64,000 bases of DNA from Alphaproteobacteria bacterium. GTDB taxonomy: Bacteria > Pseudomonadota > Alphaproteobacteria > UBA2966. The position numbers and the translations under genes were made by a program. The notes under the pieces were generated by a model, which ran no database searches, was not told where the DNA came from, and worked only from the letters and a program-made list of their open reading frames with translations. This document shows positions 51,693 through 62,773 of the stretch, piece by piece (the first letter of the stretch is position 1; each line of letters opens with the position of its first letter). The DNA lies in NCBI GenBank assembly GCA_964291395.2, contig OZ219856.1, positions 1,184,001 through 1,248,000 on the forward strand. Direction: 5' to 3'.

Positions 51693-54158
51693 TCACGGAT
51701 CCGTGCGTTGCCACCAGCCGCGCCGCCTGGGTCTGGCCTCCGACTCCTCGCCGGCGTCATCCCGAGAGACCATGGTCGAAGGCAGACCCTCGCTCGACGC
51801 TTCGAAGACCGGCTCGCCGGCGCCCGAATCGCTCACCACGTCCATCGGCTCGACGAGGATTGCTTCATCGTCAAACAGATCGGCCCGCGGCGCCATGCTG
51901 CCGCTCCCTTCCTCTTCATGCGAATCATCCGCCGCCTCGTCTTCGACGTAGGATTCCCGCGAACCGGATTGCTCTTCCATGGCGGCGTCTTCGCCTTCGA
52001 CCGTTCCCGGCACGGGCTTGTCGGCTTCTGCCGCAATGGCTTCGCGAGAGCCGTCCTTTGACACCTGTGTTGACGTCTCGGCGTCCTCTGGAGGTTGCTC
52101 CTCGGTAATGTCGGGATCCGCGGCCTCCGTTTCCGCACTCGCGCCGGCCTCTTCCTTCCGCCGCCGCCGCCGGCCACCGCGTCTTCCCCGGCGTCGGCGC
52201 TTCTTGGGGGCGTCCTCGGCGGTCTCTTCGTCTTCGACGACGGGGGACGACGGTCTGCTCTCGAGTTTCTCCTCCCCTTCTTCTTTGGCAGGGGCCGACC
52301 GGGTCGCGATGCGTTCGAGGCGATACTCCGGCGGACTCAGCGACTCATCGCTCTCCATGTTAACTCGGAGGTCGAAGCGTTCCTCCAGCGCAATGAGCGA
52401 TGGGCGTTTTTGATTGAGGATGTAAAGCGCCACCGCCGTGGCGACGTACACGGTGACCTCCGACGAACGGCCTTGAATGCCTTCCTCTTCGATGGCGTGC
52501 AGGACGTGCAGCGCCGACGATTCCGTCGACCTGATGACGCCTGCACCCTGACAGTGGGGGCAGGTTTCCGTGCTCGTCTCGACGAGGCTGGGTCGCAGGC
52601 GTTGTCGCGACATCTCCAGGAGCCCGAACGAGCTTATCCGTCCCACTTGAATGCGCGCTCGGTCCGACTTGAGGCAATCTTTGAGGCAGCGCTCAACCTT
52701 GCGCGCGTTGCGGTTCTCGTCCATGTCGATGAAATCGATGACGACCAAACCCGCGAGGTCTCGAAGGCGAAGTTGCCGCGCGATTTCCTCGGCAGCCTCC
52801 AGATTGGTCTTGAAGGCCGTTTCCTCGATGTTGCGCTCCCGCGTCGAGCGGCCGGAGTTCACGTCTACGGCGACCAGGGCCTCTGTCGTATTGATGACGA
52901 TATAGCCCCCCGATTTGAGCTGTACCGTCGGGCTATGCATCGACGAGAACTGTTCCTCGATCCGGTATCGCTGGAACAGCGGAATGCGGTCTTGATACGG
53001 CTGAACCCGCTTGGCGTGACTCGGCATCAGCATCTTCATGAAGGCCTTCGCCGACTTGTGGCTTTCGGCGCCGTCGACGAGGACCTCCGAGATGTCTTTC
53101 GTGTAGAGGTCGCGGATCGACCGCTTGATGATGTTGGCGTCTTCGTAGATGAGGCTGGGAGCCGTGCTGTTGAGGGTCAGGTCCCGTATGCTGCTCCAAA
53201 GGCGCAGCAGATATTCGAAGTCTCGCCTGATTTCCGCTTTGTTCCGGTTCTGACCGGCCGTGCGTACGATCAGGCGCATGCCGTCGGGCACATCCAGTCC
53301 CTCGATGATGCTACGCAGCTTCTTTCGGTCCGCGGCGTTCGTGATCTTGCGACTGATTCCTCCGCCGCGAGTCGAATTGGGCATCAGCACGCAGTACCGC
53401 CCGGCCAGCGAGAGATAGGTGGTGAGGGCGGCGCCCTTGTTGCCGCGCTCTTCCTTGACGACTTGCACCAACAGGATTTGTCGTCGCTTGATGACTTCCT
53501 GGACCTTGTAGCGTCGTGTCAGCTGCCTGCGCCACTCGTCCAGGTCCGCGATGCCTTCGTATCCCGTTCGCTCGGAGACATCATCATCATCGTCGTCTTC
53601 GTCGGCGGGCGCCCCGTAGTCCGCTTCGTCCTCGGCGGGCTCGGCGTCGTCCAAATCTTCTTCCGGGGCGGCGAGTTCCGCGCCTTCACCCTCGGGACCC
53701 GCCGCCTCTTCGGGGTCTTCGGCCGGTGCGGTTTCGTCCCCGGATTCACCTTCGTCGTCTTCGGTGCCGGCGTCCAGCTCGGCGTCGTCGCCCGCGTCAG
53801 CATCTTCATCCGCTTCGGATGCGCCGTCCGACTCGTCGGCCTCTTCATCGACACGATCCTGCGCGGTCTGGATGGCTGCCTGTTGTGCGAGGAGCGCCTC
53901 GCGGTCGGCGATCGGGATCTGGTAGTAGTCGGGATGAATGTCGCTGAATGCCAGGAAGCCGTGGCGGTTTCCGCCGTAGTCGACGAACGCGGCCTGCAGC
54001 GACGGTTCGACCCGCGTCACTTTGGCCAGATAGATGTTGCCTCTGAGCAGTTTCCGGGTCGCCGACTCCATATCGAATTCTTCGAGTCGTGACCCTTTCA
54101 CGACGACAACCCGGGTCTCCTCGGGGTGCGCCGCGTCGATGAGCATGCGCGTGGTCAT
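51693..54158 (-). CDS. rne: Ribonuclease E
   Basis: EETRV, GNIYLAKVTRVEPSLQAAF, acidic insert in S1 domain, DVNSG, LRLRDLAGL.VIDFIDM, CPHC, Arg-rich patch, RRGWW tail. Confidence 0.96.
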   Translation of the reverse strand: MTTRMLIDAAHPEETRVVVVKGSRLEEFDMESATRKLLRGNIYLAKVTRVEPSLQAAFVDYGGNRHGFLAFSDIHPDYYQIPIADREALLAQQAAIQTAQDRVDEEADESDGASEADEDADAGDDAELDAGTEDDEGESGDETAPAEDPEEAAGPEGEGAELAAPEEDLDDAEPAEDEADYGAPADEDDDDDDVSERTGYEGIADLDEWRRQLTRRYKVQEVIKRRQILLVQVVKEERGNKGAALTTYLSLAGRYCVLMPNSTRGGGISRKITNAADRKKLRSIIEGLDVPDGMRLIVRTAGQNRNKAEIRRDFEYLLRLWSSIRDLTLNSTAPSLIYEDANIIKRSIRDLYTKDISEVLVDGAESHKSAKAFMKMLMPSHAKRVQPYQDRIPLFQRYRIEEQFSSMHSPTVQLKSGGYIVINTTEALVAVDVNSGRSTRERNIEETAFKTNLEAAEEIARQLRLRDLAGLVVIDFIDMDENRNARKVERCLKDCLKSDRARIQVGRISSFGLLEMSRQRLRPSLVETSTETCPHCQGAGVIRSTESSALHVLHAIEEEGIQGRSSEVTVYVATAVALYILNQKRPSLIALEERFDLRVNMESDESLSPPEYRLERIATRSAPAKEEGEEKLESRPSSPVVEDEETAEDAPKKRRRRGRRGGRRRRRKEEAGASAETEAADPDITEEQPPEDAETSTQVSKDGSREAIAAEADKPVPGTVEGEDAAMEEQSGSRESYVEDEAADDSHEEEGSGSMAPRADLFDDEAILVEPMDVVSDSGAGEPVFEASSEGLPSTMVSRDDAGEESEARPRRRGWWQRTDP

Positions 54159-54586
54159 GGGACCAACTCCGGGGCGGGGCGCCGTCGGCGCGAACGACAG
54201 CGCTTGCCGCCACTGTTTCGGGCGCCATCGGTCCGTCTCTTTCTACTCGCCTCGTGGTTCAGCGAGGAAATCTGCGGCCGCCGCCAATCACGGCTAGCCG
54301 GGGCCGGTGACGCGGTTTCCACTCGCCACCGCTTTGTCGTAAGCGCGGTCCGCCACAACCGAATCGAGCAATGCTGGTTTCGAATCCTGACGAGCTGCGC
54401 CGTCCACACCCTGGTCGGATGGGACCTCGACTGCGGTGTGTCGCGCGCGGTCATAATAGTCACAGGTTTGCGGTGGCGGGAAGAAAATTCGTGCGTGTTT
54501 CGTTGATACGATGGTTCTGCCTTTCAATGATGCGGCCGTACATGCCAATGTATAGATGTAGATGCCGTCTATCGGGATGTGACTAA

Positions 54587-55765
54587 ATGTTGGGCAGGAA
54601 AGCCTTCATATCGTTCTTGGCCGGTGTTTTGCTCAAATGCCATATCGCCGCTGCGGCGCAGCCCGCGGTGACGGCCGTAAGGATCGGAGAGCACGTCGGT
54701 CTCACCCGATTGGTTCTCGACGTGACCGAAAAGGTCGATTTTCACACGTTCACGCTGGCGGATCCCTATCGCGTGGTTGTCGACTTGTCTTCGCTCGATT
54801 GGCAGGTGGCGCCCAGTGAAGATGACCGAAAGGGCGTGATCGTAAGGCTCCGGTTCGGGCAGTTCAGGCGGGACACGTCCCGCATGGTGATCGAGGCGCT
54901 TGGTCCGGTGGAAGTCAAGCAGGCGTTCCTGCTTCCGCCTCAGGGAAACTGGACCTATCGCTTTGTCGTCGATCTTGCGCCCGTCGACGAGGCATCGTTC
55001 GTGAACTCGGTGGGCGCGCCGAAGAGGTTGGCCAGGCCGTTGGCCAAGCCATCTCCGTCGGAACCATCGCGGAAACCGGCCGTCAAGCGCATCGTCGTTC
55101 TCGATCCAGGCCACGGCGGAGTCGATCCTGGAGCCATTGGCGTGTCCGGAGTGTTCGAAAAGACCGTGACACTTTCCGCTGCCCGGGAATTAAGAAAAAT
55201 TCTCGAAAAAACAAATAGATATAAAGTCATCTTAACTCGGAATAGTGATAAATTCCTGCGCCTTCGTGATCGTGTGGCCGTTGCCCGCGACGTCGGCGCC
55301 GAGCTCTTCGTGTCCTTGCATGCGGACGCGATAAGGAGGCGGGGAGTCCGTGGCGCAAGTGTCTATACGCTGTCGGAAAAGGCATCCGACGCCGAAGCGG
55401 CCGAATTGGCCGCAAAGGAGAACAAGGCCGATCTCTTGGGCGGTGTGCAGCTGGAGGGTGAGAGCGAGGAGGTAACGTCCATTCTGATCGACCTCGTCCA
55501 GCGCGAGACCAAGAACCTGTCGGCCGGATTCGCGAACATCGTGCTGCCGGAGTTCCGCAAACGCGTGAGAACATTGCGCAACGGCCATCGGTTTGCGGGC
55601 TTCGCCGTCCTGAAGGCGCCGGACGTGCCTTCGGTGCTGGTGGAAATGGGTTATCTGTCCAATCGTCAGGACGAGCGCATGCTGTCGACGGCGCAAGGCC
55701 GGCGCCCCGTCCTGGAGGCGTTGGGCAAGGCGATTGATCGGTATTTTGCTGAAAACGGCGGTTGA
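54587..55765 (+). CDS. amiC: N-acetylmuramoyl-L-alanine amidase (AMIN plus Amidase_3)
   Basis: TRLVLD/PYRVVVD AMIN domain, LDPGHGG.DPGA, EK, SLHAD, VLVEMG. Confidence 0.92.
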   Translation: MLGRKAFISFLAGVLLKCHIAAAAQPAVTAVRIGEHVGLTRLVLDVTEKVDFHTFTLADPYRVVVDLSSLDWQVAPSEDDRKGVIVRLRFGQFRRDTSRMVIEALGPVEVKQAFLLPPQGNWTYRFVVDLAPVDEASFVNSVGAPKRLARPLAKPSPSEPSRKPAVKRIVVLDPGHGGVDPGAIGVSGVFEKTVTLSAARELRKILEKTNRYKVILTRNSDKFLRLRDRVAVARDVGAELFVSLHADAIRRRGVRGASVYTLSEKASDAEAAELAAKENKADLLGGVQLEGESEEVTSILIDLVQRETKNLSAGFANIVLPEFRKRVRTLRNGHRFAGFAVLKAPDVPSVLVEMGYLSNRQDERMLSTAQGRRPVLEALGKAIDRYFAENGG

Positions 55766-55873
55766 AATAGCCATATACGCGCCACAATTGCTGGCTACCG
55801 TCGGAATGACGTCGTCTATCGGTGGTCGTGGCGCCGAATGGGTTGAGTGGTCTGACGCGGGGGACCTCGGATC

Positions 55874-58279
55874 GTGACAAGGGCGATCGCCGCATTATTT
55901 ACCGGGTTGGTTCTGCTCGCCATCACCGGTGCGGGTGGGGTTCTGCTGGTGCTTTACCACTTCGGCCGGGGTCTCCCCGATTATCAGCAGTTGGCACACT
56001 ACGAGCCGCCGACCGTTACCAGGGTTCACGCCGGCGACGGCTCGCTGCTCGCCGAATACGCCCGCGAGAAGCGTGTGTTCGTGCCCGTTGCGGCCATCCC
56101 GAAACGGGTCATCCAGGCGTTTCTGGCGGCGGAAGACAAGACGTTCTACCGGCATTCCGGCGTCGACCTGCCCGGTATCCTCCGAGCCGTCGTCACGAAC
56201 GTCGTGAACTACACGACGAACCGGCGCCCCGTTGGCGCGTCGACCATCACCCAGCAGGTGGCGAAGAATTTCCTGCTGTCGAATGAACTCTCGGTCGAGC
56301 GCAAGATCAGGGAAGCGATCCTCGCCTTCCGCATCGAGCGGGCGTTCACCAAGGATCAAATCCTGGAGCTCTACCTCAACGAGATTTACCTGGGTTTCGG
56401 CTCTTACGGCGTGGCGGCCGCGGCGCTGAACTATTTCGACAGGCCGCTCGACGAGCTGACGCTGGCGGAAACTGCGTTCTTGGCTGCACTGCCAAAGGCA
56501 CCCAACAACTATCATCCGGTTCGCAACCGCAAGGCTGCGACCGCCCGTCGAAATTGGGTCCTCGGGCGAATGGCGGCCGACGGATTCATCGGTCCGACCG
56601 ACGCTGAATTCGCTGCGTCCCAGCCGCTGACCGTCCGCACGCGCAGCGAAACGCGGTTCGTGAGCGCCGAGTATTTCGCGGAAGAAGTGCGGCGGGTTCT
56701 CATGGCACGTTACGGGGAAGCCGGACTGTACGAGGGAGGTCTTTCCGTTCGCACGACTTTGAATCCCAGACTTCAGGATATCGCGCAAAAGGCCCTCCGC
56801 AGGGGCATCGAGGACTACGACCGTCGGCACGGATGGCGGGGACCGATTGATCATTTCAGGCCGCGTTTCGACTGGGCCGAACGGCTCGCCCGGGTCGAAC
56901 GGCCCTCCTATCCCGGAGATCATGAACTCGCGCTGGTTCTGGCTCACGACGAGCTGGGGGCGGATATCGGCTTCGCCTCGGGCGCACGCGGATACATCCC
57001 GATGGATGAGATGGCCTGGGCGCGCCCCTGGCGCGACGGGCAGCGCGTAGGCAAGAAGCCGGCCCGGCCCGGTCAGGTTGTCGGGGTCGGTGATGTCATT
57101 CCGGTGGTGCCGGCCGGCGACGGCTCTCCCGGGATCTATTCCCTGTCGCAGGTGCCTGACGTTGACGGTGCCATTATCGTCCTCGATCCGCATACCGGCC
57201 GGATTCTCGCCCTGGTCGGCGGCTACAGCTTCGAGGGGAGCGAATTCAATCGCGCGACGCAGGCGAGGCGCCAACCGGGTTCCGCGTTCAAGCCGTTCGT
57301 CTATGGGGCGGCGCTGGAGAACGGCTTTACGCCGTCGAGTCTGGTGCTCGACGCGCCGTTCGTGATCGATCAGGGGCCTGGTCGGGCTAAGTGGAAGCCC
57401 GCCAACTACACCAAGAGGTTTTACGGACCCAGTACCCTGCGTCTGGGTATCGAGAAGTCGAGGAACCTGATGACGGTTCGCTTGGCGCAGTTCATCGGCA
57501 TGGAGAGGGTCGTCGACTACGCCAGGCGGTTCGGGATCGTCGATGAGATGCCGGAGCTGTTGTCGATGGCGTTGGGCGCTGGTGAAACCACGCTTCTCCA
57601 GCTTACGACGGCATACGCGATGTTCGTGAACGGCGGCAAGAGGATCGTTCCGACGGTGCTCGACCGAATCCAGGACCGATACGGCAAAACCGTCTTTCGG
57701 CACGATACCCGGCCCTGCCCGGACTGTCGGAATGTCCGCTGGCACCGCCAGGCGGAGCCTGAGATTCCGGACACGCGGCCCCAGGTGATCGAGGCGTCAA
57801 CGGCGTACCAGGTGGTTTCAATGCTGCAAGGTGTCGTGCAGCGCGGTACCGGGCGCCGGCTCCGGGACGTGGGACGGCCGCTGGCGGGCAAGACGGGTAC
57901 CACCGACGACGCGTTCGACACGTGGTTCATTGGCTTCTCCCCCGACCTGGCCGTCGGGGTCTACGTGGGGTTCGACAGGCCGAAGTCTCTTGGCCCGCGT
58001 GAGCAAGGGGCGAGTGTCGCCGCACCCATTTTCAAGCAGTTCGTGTCGGAAGCGCTTGCCGGAGAACCCGTCATTCCCTTCCGCGTGCCACCGGGCATTC
58101 GTCTGGTGCGCGTCAACGCCCAAAGCGGTCTTCCGGCGCGCCCGGGCGAACGGAACGTCATTCTGGAAGCGTTCAGACCCGGTTCCGAGCCTGTCGGCCA
58201 GGGACCCGTTTTGGATGGTCCCGGTAGCTACGTGACGGATGAAGCCACGTTGCAGGCCGGCACGGGCGGCCTGTATTGA
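55874..58279 (+). CDS. mrcA: Penicillin-binding protein 1A
   Basis: AAEDK.FY.H.G, GASTITQQ, RKI.E, SAFK, SRN and KTG motifs. Confidence 0.94.
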   Translation: MTRAIAALFTGLVLLAITGAGGVLLVLYHFGRGLPDYQQLAHYEPPTVTRVHAGDGSLLAEYAREKRVFVPVAAIPKRVIQAFLAAEDKTFYRHSGVDLPGILRAVVTNVVNYTTNRRPVGASTITQQVAKNFLLSNELSVERKIREAILAFRIERAFTKDQILELYLNEIYLGFGSYGVAAAALNYFDRPLDELTLAETAFLAALPKAPNNYHPVRNRKAATARRNWVLGRMAADGFIGPTDAEFAASQPLTVRTRSETRFVSAEYFAEEVRRVLMARYGEAGLYEGGLSVRTTLNPRLQDIAQKALRRGIEDYDRRHGWRGPIDHFRPRFDWAERLARVERPSYPGDHELALVLAHDELGADIGFASGARGYIPMDEMAWARPWRDGQRVGKKPARPGQVVGVGDVIPVVPAGDGSPGIYSLSQVPDVDGAIIVLDPHTGRILALVGGYSFEGSEFNRATQARRQPGSAFKPFVYGAALENGFTPSSLVLDAPFVIDQGPGRAKWKPANYTKRFYGPSTLRLGIEKSRNLMTVRLAQFIGMERVVDYARRFGIVDEMPELLSMALGAGETTLLQLTTAYAMFVNGGKRIVPTVLDRIQDRYGKTVFRHDTRPCPDCRNVRWHRQAEPEIPDTRPQVIEASTAYQVVSMLQGVVQRGTGRRLRDVGRPLAGKTGTTDDAFDTWFIGFSPDLAVGVYVGFDRPKSLGPREQGASVAAPIFKQFVSEALAGEPVIPFRVPPGIRLVRVNAQSGLPARPGERNVILEAFRPGSEPVGQGPVLDGPGSYVTDEATLQAGTGGLY

Positions 58280-58354
58280 CCCGATAAGCGAGCCGGCGTA
58301 GCGTCGAATTCGCGTCATTCCGGCGCAAGCAAGTCTTGCCTTCACGAGGGTCCC

Positions 58355-59483
58355 GTGCGCGCTGACATGCAGGTCATGGTCGATCAGATCAAGCAGTCCA
58401 TGGAACTGCTGAGGAGGCGCCTTTGACTGGGACGCATCGCTAAAGCGCCTGGAGGAACTGAACGCGCTCGCCGAAGACGCGTCGCTGTGGGATGATCCCG
58501 AGCGCGCCCAGGCCACCATGCGTGAGCGGACTCGCCTGGACAACGCCATATCCCACTACCGGGCCCTCGAAACCGAACTCGCAGACGGTGTCGAACTGAT
58601 CGAGTTGGGTGAGGCGGAAGGTGATGATGACGTCGTCGCCGACGCCGAGTCGTCGATCTCGGAGCTGGCCGAGAAGGCCGATCGACTGCGCCTCGAAAGT
58701 TTGCTGTCGGGAGAGGCGGACGCCAACGACTCGTTCCTGGAGGTGCATGCCGGCGCCGGCGGGACGGAGTCGCAGGACTGGGCCGACATGCTCATGCGCA
58801 TGTACACGCGTTGGGCGGAAGCGCACGGCTACGAAGTCGAGTGGATCGAAGAGAGCCCGGGAGAGGAAGCGGGCATCAAGTCAGCCACCATCAGGGTGAC
58901 CGGCAGCAATGCGTTTGGATGGCTCAAGACGGAAAGCGGCGTGCATCGCCTGGTCCGGATATCGCCGTTCGATTCGAGCAGTCGCCGCCACACCAGTTTC
59001 GCAAGCGTCGGCGCTTATCCCGTCATCGACAAGGAGATCAGCGTCGAGGTCGAAGACAAGGATCTGAGGATCGATACCTACCGGGCCTCGGGGGCCGGCG
59101 GCCAGCACGTGAACCGCACGGACAGTGCCGTGCGCATCACGCACTTGCCGACGGGAATCGTCGTGCAATGCCAGAATGACCGCTCACAGCACAAGAATCG
59201 TGCCGCGGCCATGAAAATGCTCAAGGCCCGGCTCTACGAGCTCGAACTGCGCCGGCGCGAGGAGGAACGCCAGGCTGTCCATGACGCCAAGTCGGAGATC
59301 GGGTGGGGTCACCAGATCCGTTCCTACGTCTTGCAGCCCTACCAGATGGTCAAGGACTTGAGGACGGGCGTCGAAACCAGCAACACGAGTGCGGTTCTCG
59401 ATGGCGACCTCAACGAGTTCATGGCTGCGGCGCTGGCGGCGAAGCTTGGTGAAGCGACGCCTGCAGGAGAAGACCGGACGTGA
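58355..59483 (+). CDS. prfB: Peptide chain release factor 2 with programmed +1 frameshift
   Basis: GTG 58355, 23 codons to CTT-TGA-C (58421-58427) preceded by internal SD AGGAGG; SPF and GGQ motifs in the +1 frame. Confidence 0.96.
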
Positions 59484-59566
59484 CTGGCGGCCTTCGGTTT
59501 CGGGGATGGCGAGTTTTGTCGATAGACGTTCGCGCTGGCTGATTTGGTGACGGGAGGTTTGTCCTG

Positions 59567-60430
59567 ATGGCAAAAGGCATCGTCGATATGCGGTTCCGCC
59601 CGCCCATTCCTGAATGGGTCTCCGGCCCCACGTTTCGCACTGCCATGTGGTATCCGCGCAATACCACGACCATGCCGGGAGCAAGATCGGCCTGGGAAGA
59701 GTCGATGGATCTGCTGTTCGACGAAATGGACGAGGCCGGCGTGACGTGGGGCGTCATCATGGGCCGGGCGGCTTCCGGCCATCTGGGCGGGGTCGGCAAC
59801 GACGCAGTCGTTCGCGCGGTTGAAACCTGGTCCGACAGGTTCGTGGCGTTCCCGGGGGTCGATCTCGAGAATATCGAGTCGTCGCTCGCGGAAGCGCGGG
59901 AATTGGCCGGCCATCCGGGGATCAAGGGTCTGTCGATCGAGCCCGGCTCGAGCAAGACCCCGCGCTATTCGGATGATCCGGCGCTCGATCCCGTCTACGA
60001 GGCCTGTCTGGATTTGGGGTTGCCCGTGTCAATCTCGTTGAGCGGCCTGTTGAGCGCGCTCGCGGGGCACGACATCACCTGGTGCAGCCCGGTGCCCATC
60101 CAGCGCCTCGCGATGCGGCATCCCGATCTCAAGATCATCGTCTCGCACGCCTCCTGGCCCTACGCACACGAGATGGTGGCGATCGCCCTGTTTTGCCCGA
60201 ACGTCTACGTGTCTCCCGACCTGTACGTCGCGACCGCCAACATGCCGTGTCGCCAGACCTACGTCGACGCGGCGAACCTCTTTCTCGCCGGCCGGACGTT
60301 GTTCGGAACGGCCTATCCGACCCGGCCGCACCTCGAGGCCGTGCGCGACTTCCGTGATATGGGCTGGCGTCCGGAGATTGTCGCGGACCGCATTCTCTAC
60401 GACAACGCGGCGGAGCTTCTGGGACTCTGA
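59567..60430 (+). CDS. Amidohydrolase_2-family protein with atypical metal site
   Basis: GGGAGG RBS; IVDMRFRPP, MDEAGV, DD..L.PVY, HP.LKII.SH, NVY, LFGTAYP, ILYDNAA.LL. Confidence 0.8.
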   Translation: MAKGIVDMRFRPPIPEWVSGPTFRTAMWYPRNTTTMPGARSAWEESMDLLFDEMDEAGVTWGVIMGRAASGHLGGVGNDAVVRAVETWSDRFVAFPGVDLENIESSLAEARELAGHPGIKGLSIEPGSSKTPRYSDDPALDPVYEACLDLGLPVSISLSGLLSALAGHDITWCSPVPIQRLAMRHPDLKIIVSHASWPYAHEMVAIALFCPNVYVSPDLYVATANMPCRQTYVDAANLFLAGRTLFGTAYPTRPHLEAVRDFRDMGWRPEIVADRILYDNAAELLGL

Positions 60431-60501
60431 CGTCCGGACGACCGCGAGCCAAGACGGGTCGGCCGTTCGACGACGCGATCGGTCTGGGAACGGAGGCTCT
60501 C

Positions 60502-61194
60502 TCAGGCGTCCGTCGCGTCGATGGCGTAGCCGACCGAGCGCACGGTGCGGATCAGTTCGGGATCGTCGGGTCCGTTCAGCGCCTTGCGCAGCCGCCGGAT
60601 GTGGACGTCGACCGTCCGCGGCTCGACCTCTTTGTCGATTCCCCATGCCATGTCGAGCAGTTGCTCGCGGGAATACACCCGTCGGGGACGTTCCATCAGG
60701 ACCCGCAGGAGGCGGAACTCCGTTGGGCCGAGCCGGATCTGGCGGCCGTCCCGCGTCACCCGATGTATCGTCAGATCCATCTCGACGCCGCCGTAGCGCA
60801 GAACCTCTTCGACCAGCGTCGGGGAGGAACGGCGCAACACGGCCCGCACGCGGGCGACGAGTTCGCTCGGTGAGAAGGGCTTGATCACATAGTCGTCGGC
60901 GCCGCTTTCCAGTCCCCGGATGCGGTCGCCCTCTTCGCCCCGGGCGGTAAGCATGACGATGGGAATACCACGGGTCTCCTTGCGGCGTCTCATCCGCCGG
61001 CAGATTTCGAGGCCCGACACGTGCGGCAGCATCCAATCGAGGATCACGAGGTCCGGAGACCGTTCGTCCAGCGCCAGAAGCGCTTCTTCGCCGTCAATGG
61101 CGATTTCCGTGCGAAACCCCTCTTTCTCGAGGTTGTACTTCAGAATTTCGACGAGGGCGTTTTCGTCCTCGACGATCAGAACGAGAGGATTCAT
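60502..61194 (-). CDS. phoB: Phosphate regulon response regulator
   Basis: VEDE, LDWMLP, GADDY..KPF, GPTEFRLL, RTVDVHIRRLRK. Confidence 0.95.
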   Translation of the reverse strand: MNPLVLIVEDENALVEILKYNLEKEGFRTEIAIDGEEALLALDERSPDLVILDWMLPHVSGLEICRRMRRRKETRGIPIVMLTARGEEGDRIRGLESGADDYVIKPFSPSELVARVRAVLRRSSPTLVEEVLRYGGVEMDLTIHRVTRDGRQIRLGPTEFRLLRVLMERPRRVYSREQLLDMAWGIDKEVEPRTVDVHIRRLRKALNGPDDPELIRTVRSVGYAIDATDA

Positions 61195-61925
61195 TTGCTC
61201 CCTTCTGCGCCGGCCGTCTTGGGCTCGACGACCACGACGCTCGACTCGTCGCCCTTTGGCCGTTCATCGGTGAACGTCTCGCCGGAAACCAGGAACTGAA
61301 CGTTCTCCGCGATATTCGTGGCGTGATCGCCGCAGCGCTCGATGTTTTTCGCCGCAAACAGCAGGTGGGTGCACGGGGTGATGTTTCTGGCGTCTTCCAT
61401 CATGTAGGTCAGCAGCTCGCGGAACAGGCTGGTATGGAGGGCGTCGACCTCTTCGTCACGTGCGATCACGTCACCCGCTTTCTCCAGGTCGCGCTCCACG
61501 TAGGCGTCGAGAACCGTCTTGATCATGGCCTGCACGAGCGCGGCCATGCGCCTCAGAGTGTGGACGGGTTCGAGCGGCGGGGTCTGCGTGAGCGGCCCGA
61601 TCCGCTTGGCGAGGTTCTTCGCGTGATCGCCGATGCGCTCGAGGTCCGAGGAGATCTTCAGAGCGACCACGATGGCTCGCAGGTCCTCGGCCATGGGCTG
61701 GCGCAGGGCAAGCAGCCGCACCGTCTGGGAGTCGACGTCATGCTCCAGCGAGTCGATGCGTTTGTCTTCCGCGATGACTCTGGCCGCCGCATCGACGTCG
61801 CGTCTGACGAGGGCCTGAATCGCTTCGGCCATCTGCGCCTCCGCGAGTCCGCCCATCTGCGCGATGGTGTTGTTCAGGAGGTTCAACTCCTCATCGAACG
61901 ACTTGACGATGTGTTCCGACGTCAT
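61191..61925 (-). CDS. phoU: Phosphate signalling protein PhoU
   Basis: EHIVKSFDEEL, RQPMA.DLR, DLERIGD, KNIER.GDHATNIAE. Confidence 0.95.
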   Translation of the reverse strand: MTSEHIVKSFDEELNLLNNTIAQMGGLAEAQMAEAIQALVRRDVDAAARVIAEDKRIDSLEHDVDSQTVRLLALRQPMAEDLRAIVVALKISSDLERIGDHAKNLAKRIGPLTQTPPLEPVHTLRRMAALVQAMIKTVLDAYVERDLEKAGDVIARDEEVDALHTSLFRELLTYMMEDARNITPCTHLLFAAKNIERCGDHATNIAENVQFLVSGETFTDERPKGDESSVVVVEPKTAGAEGSK

Positions 61926-61954
61926 GGATGGATCCTCCGCTCTCCGCCGCGCCG

Positions 61955-62770
61955 TTATCCGATCCGACCCGTGATGTAGGACTGGGTACGCTGGTCGTCG
62001 GGTGCCGTGAAGATCTGCTCGGTGTCCCCGAATTCCACGAGATCGCCCAGGTGGAAAAAGGCCGTTCGCTGCGAAACACGGGCGGCCTGTTGCATGGAGT
62101 GCGTAACGATGACGATCGTGAAGTTGTCACGCAGCTCGTCCATCAACTCCTCGATGCGGGCCGTCGCGATGGGGTCGAGGGCCGAGCATGGCTCGTCCAT
62201 CAGGATCACTTCGGGCTGCACCGCGATCGCCCGGGCGATGCAGAGCCGCTGCTGCTGACCGCCGGAGAGGCCCGTGCCCGGTTCGGACAATCGGTCCTTG
62301 ACCTCTCCGAGGAGTCCGGCCTTCTCCAGGCTGGTCATGACGATCTCGTCCAGTTCGTCGCGGCTGCTCGCCATTCCGTGGATCCTCGGTCCGTACGCGA
62401 CGTTGTCGTAGATCGACTTGGGAAACGGGTTCGGCTTCTGGAACACCATGCCGACGCGTGCGCGCAACTGCACGACGTCCATTTCATCGTCATAGATGTC
62501 TTCGCCATCCAGCAGGATACTGCCCGAGATGCGGCAGATATCGATCGTGTCGTTCATCCGGTTGAGGCACCGAATGAACGTGGACTTGCCGCACCCGGAC
62601 GGCCCGATGAGGGCAGTCACCCGATTGGTCTCGACAACGAGCGATACGGAATTCAGGGCCTGCTTCTCGCCGTAGAAGACATCGACGTTCCGGGAGACGA
62701 CCTTTGCATCCCGCTTGGCTCCGACCGGAGCGGTTTCCTTGGCTGTCACGGTATCTGTCGTGATGGACAT
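61955..62770 (-). CDS. pstB: Phosphate ABC transporter ATPase
   Basis: [44 protein letters not shown]. Confidence 0.96.
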   Translation of the reverse strand: MSITTDTVTAKETAPVGAKRDAKVVSRNVDVFYGEKQALNSVSLVVETNRVTALIGPSGCGKSTFIRCLNRMNDTIDICRISGSILLDGEDIYDDEMDVVQLRARVGMVFQKPNPFPKSIYDNVAYGPRIHGMASSRDELDEIVMTSLEKAGLLGEVKDRLSEPGTGLSGGQQQRLCIARAIAVQPEVILMDEPCSALDPIATARIEELMDELRDNFTIVIVTHSMQQAARVSQRTAFFHLGDLVEFGDTEQIFTAPDDQRTQSYITGRIG

Positions 62771-62773
62771 GAA

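Noticed and set aside
53570-53860. Acidic low-complexity insert and GAT repeats in rne
   Set aside because: An acidic S1-domain insertion is usual in alphaproteobacterial RNase E; in frame and not a repeat array.
52095-57745. Long antisense ORFs (52095-54092 +, 55895-57745 -) and similar ones opposite aspS, nrdJ and ppk
   Set aside because: They mirror well-supported genes on the other strand and have no recognisable domains.
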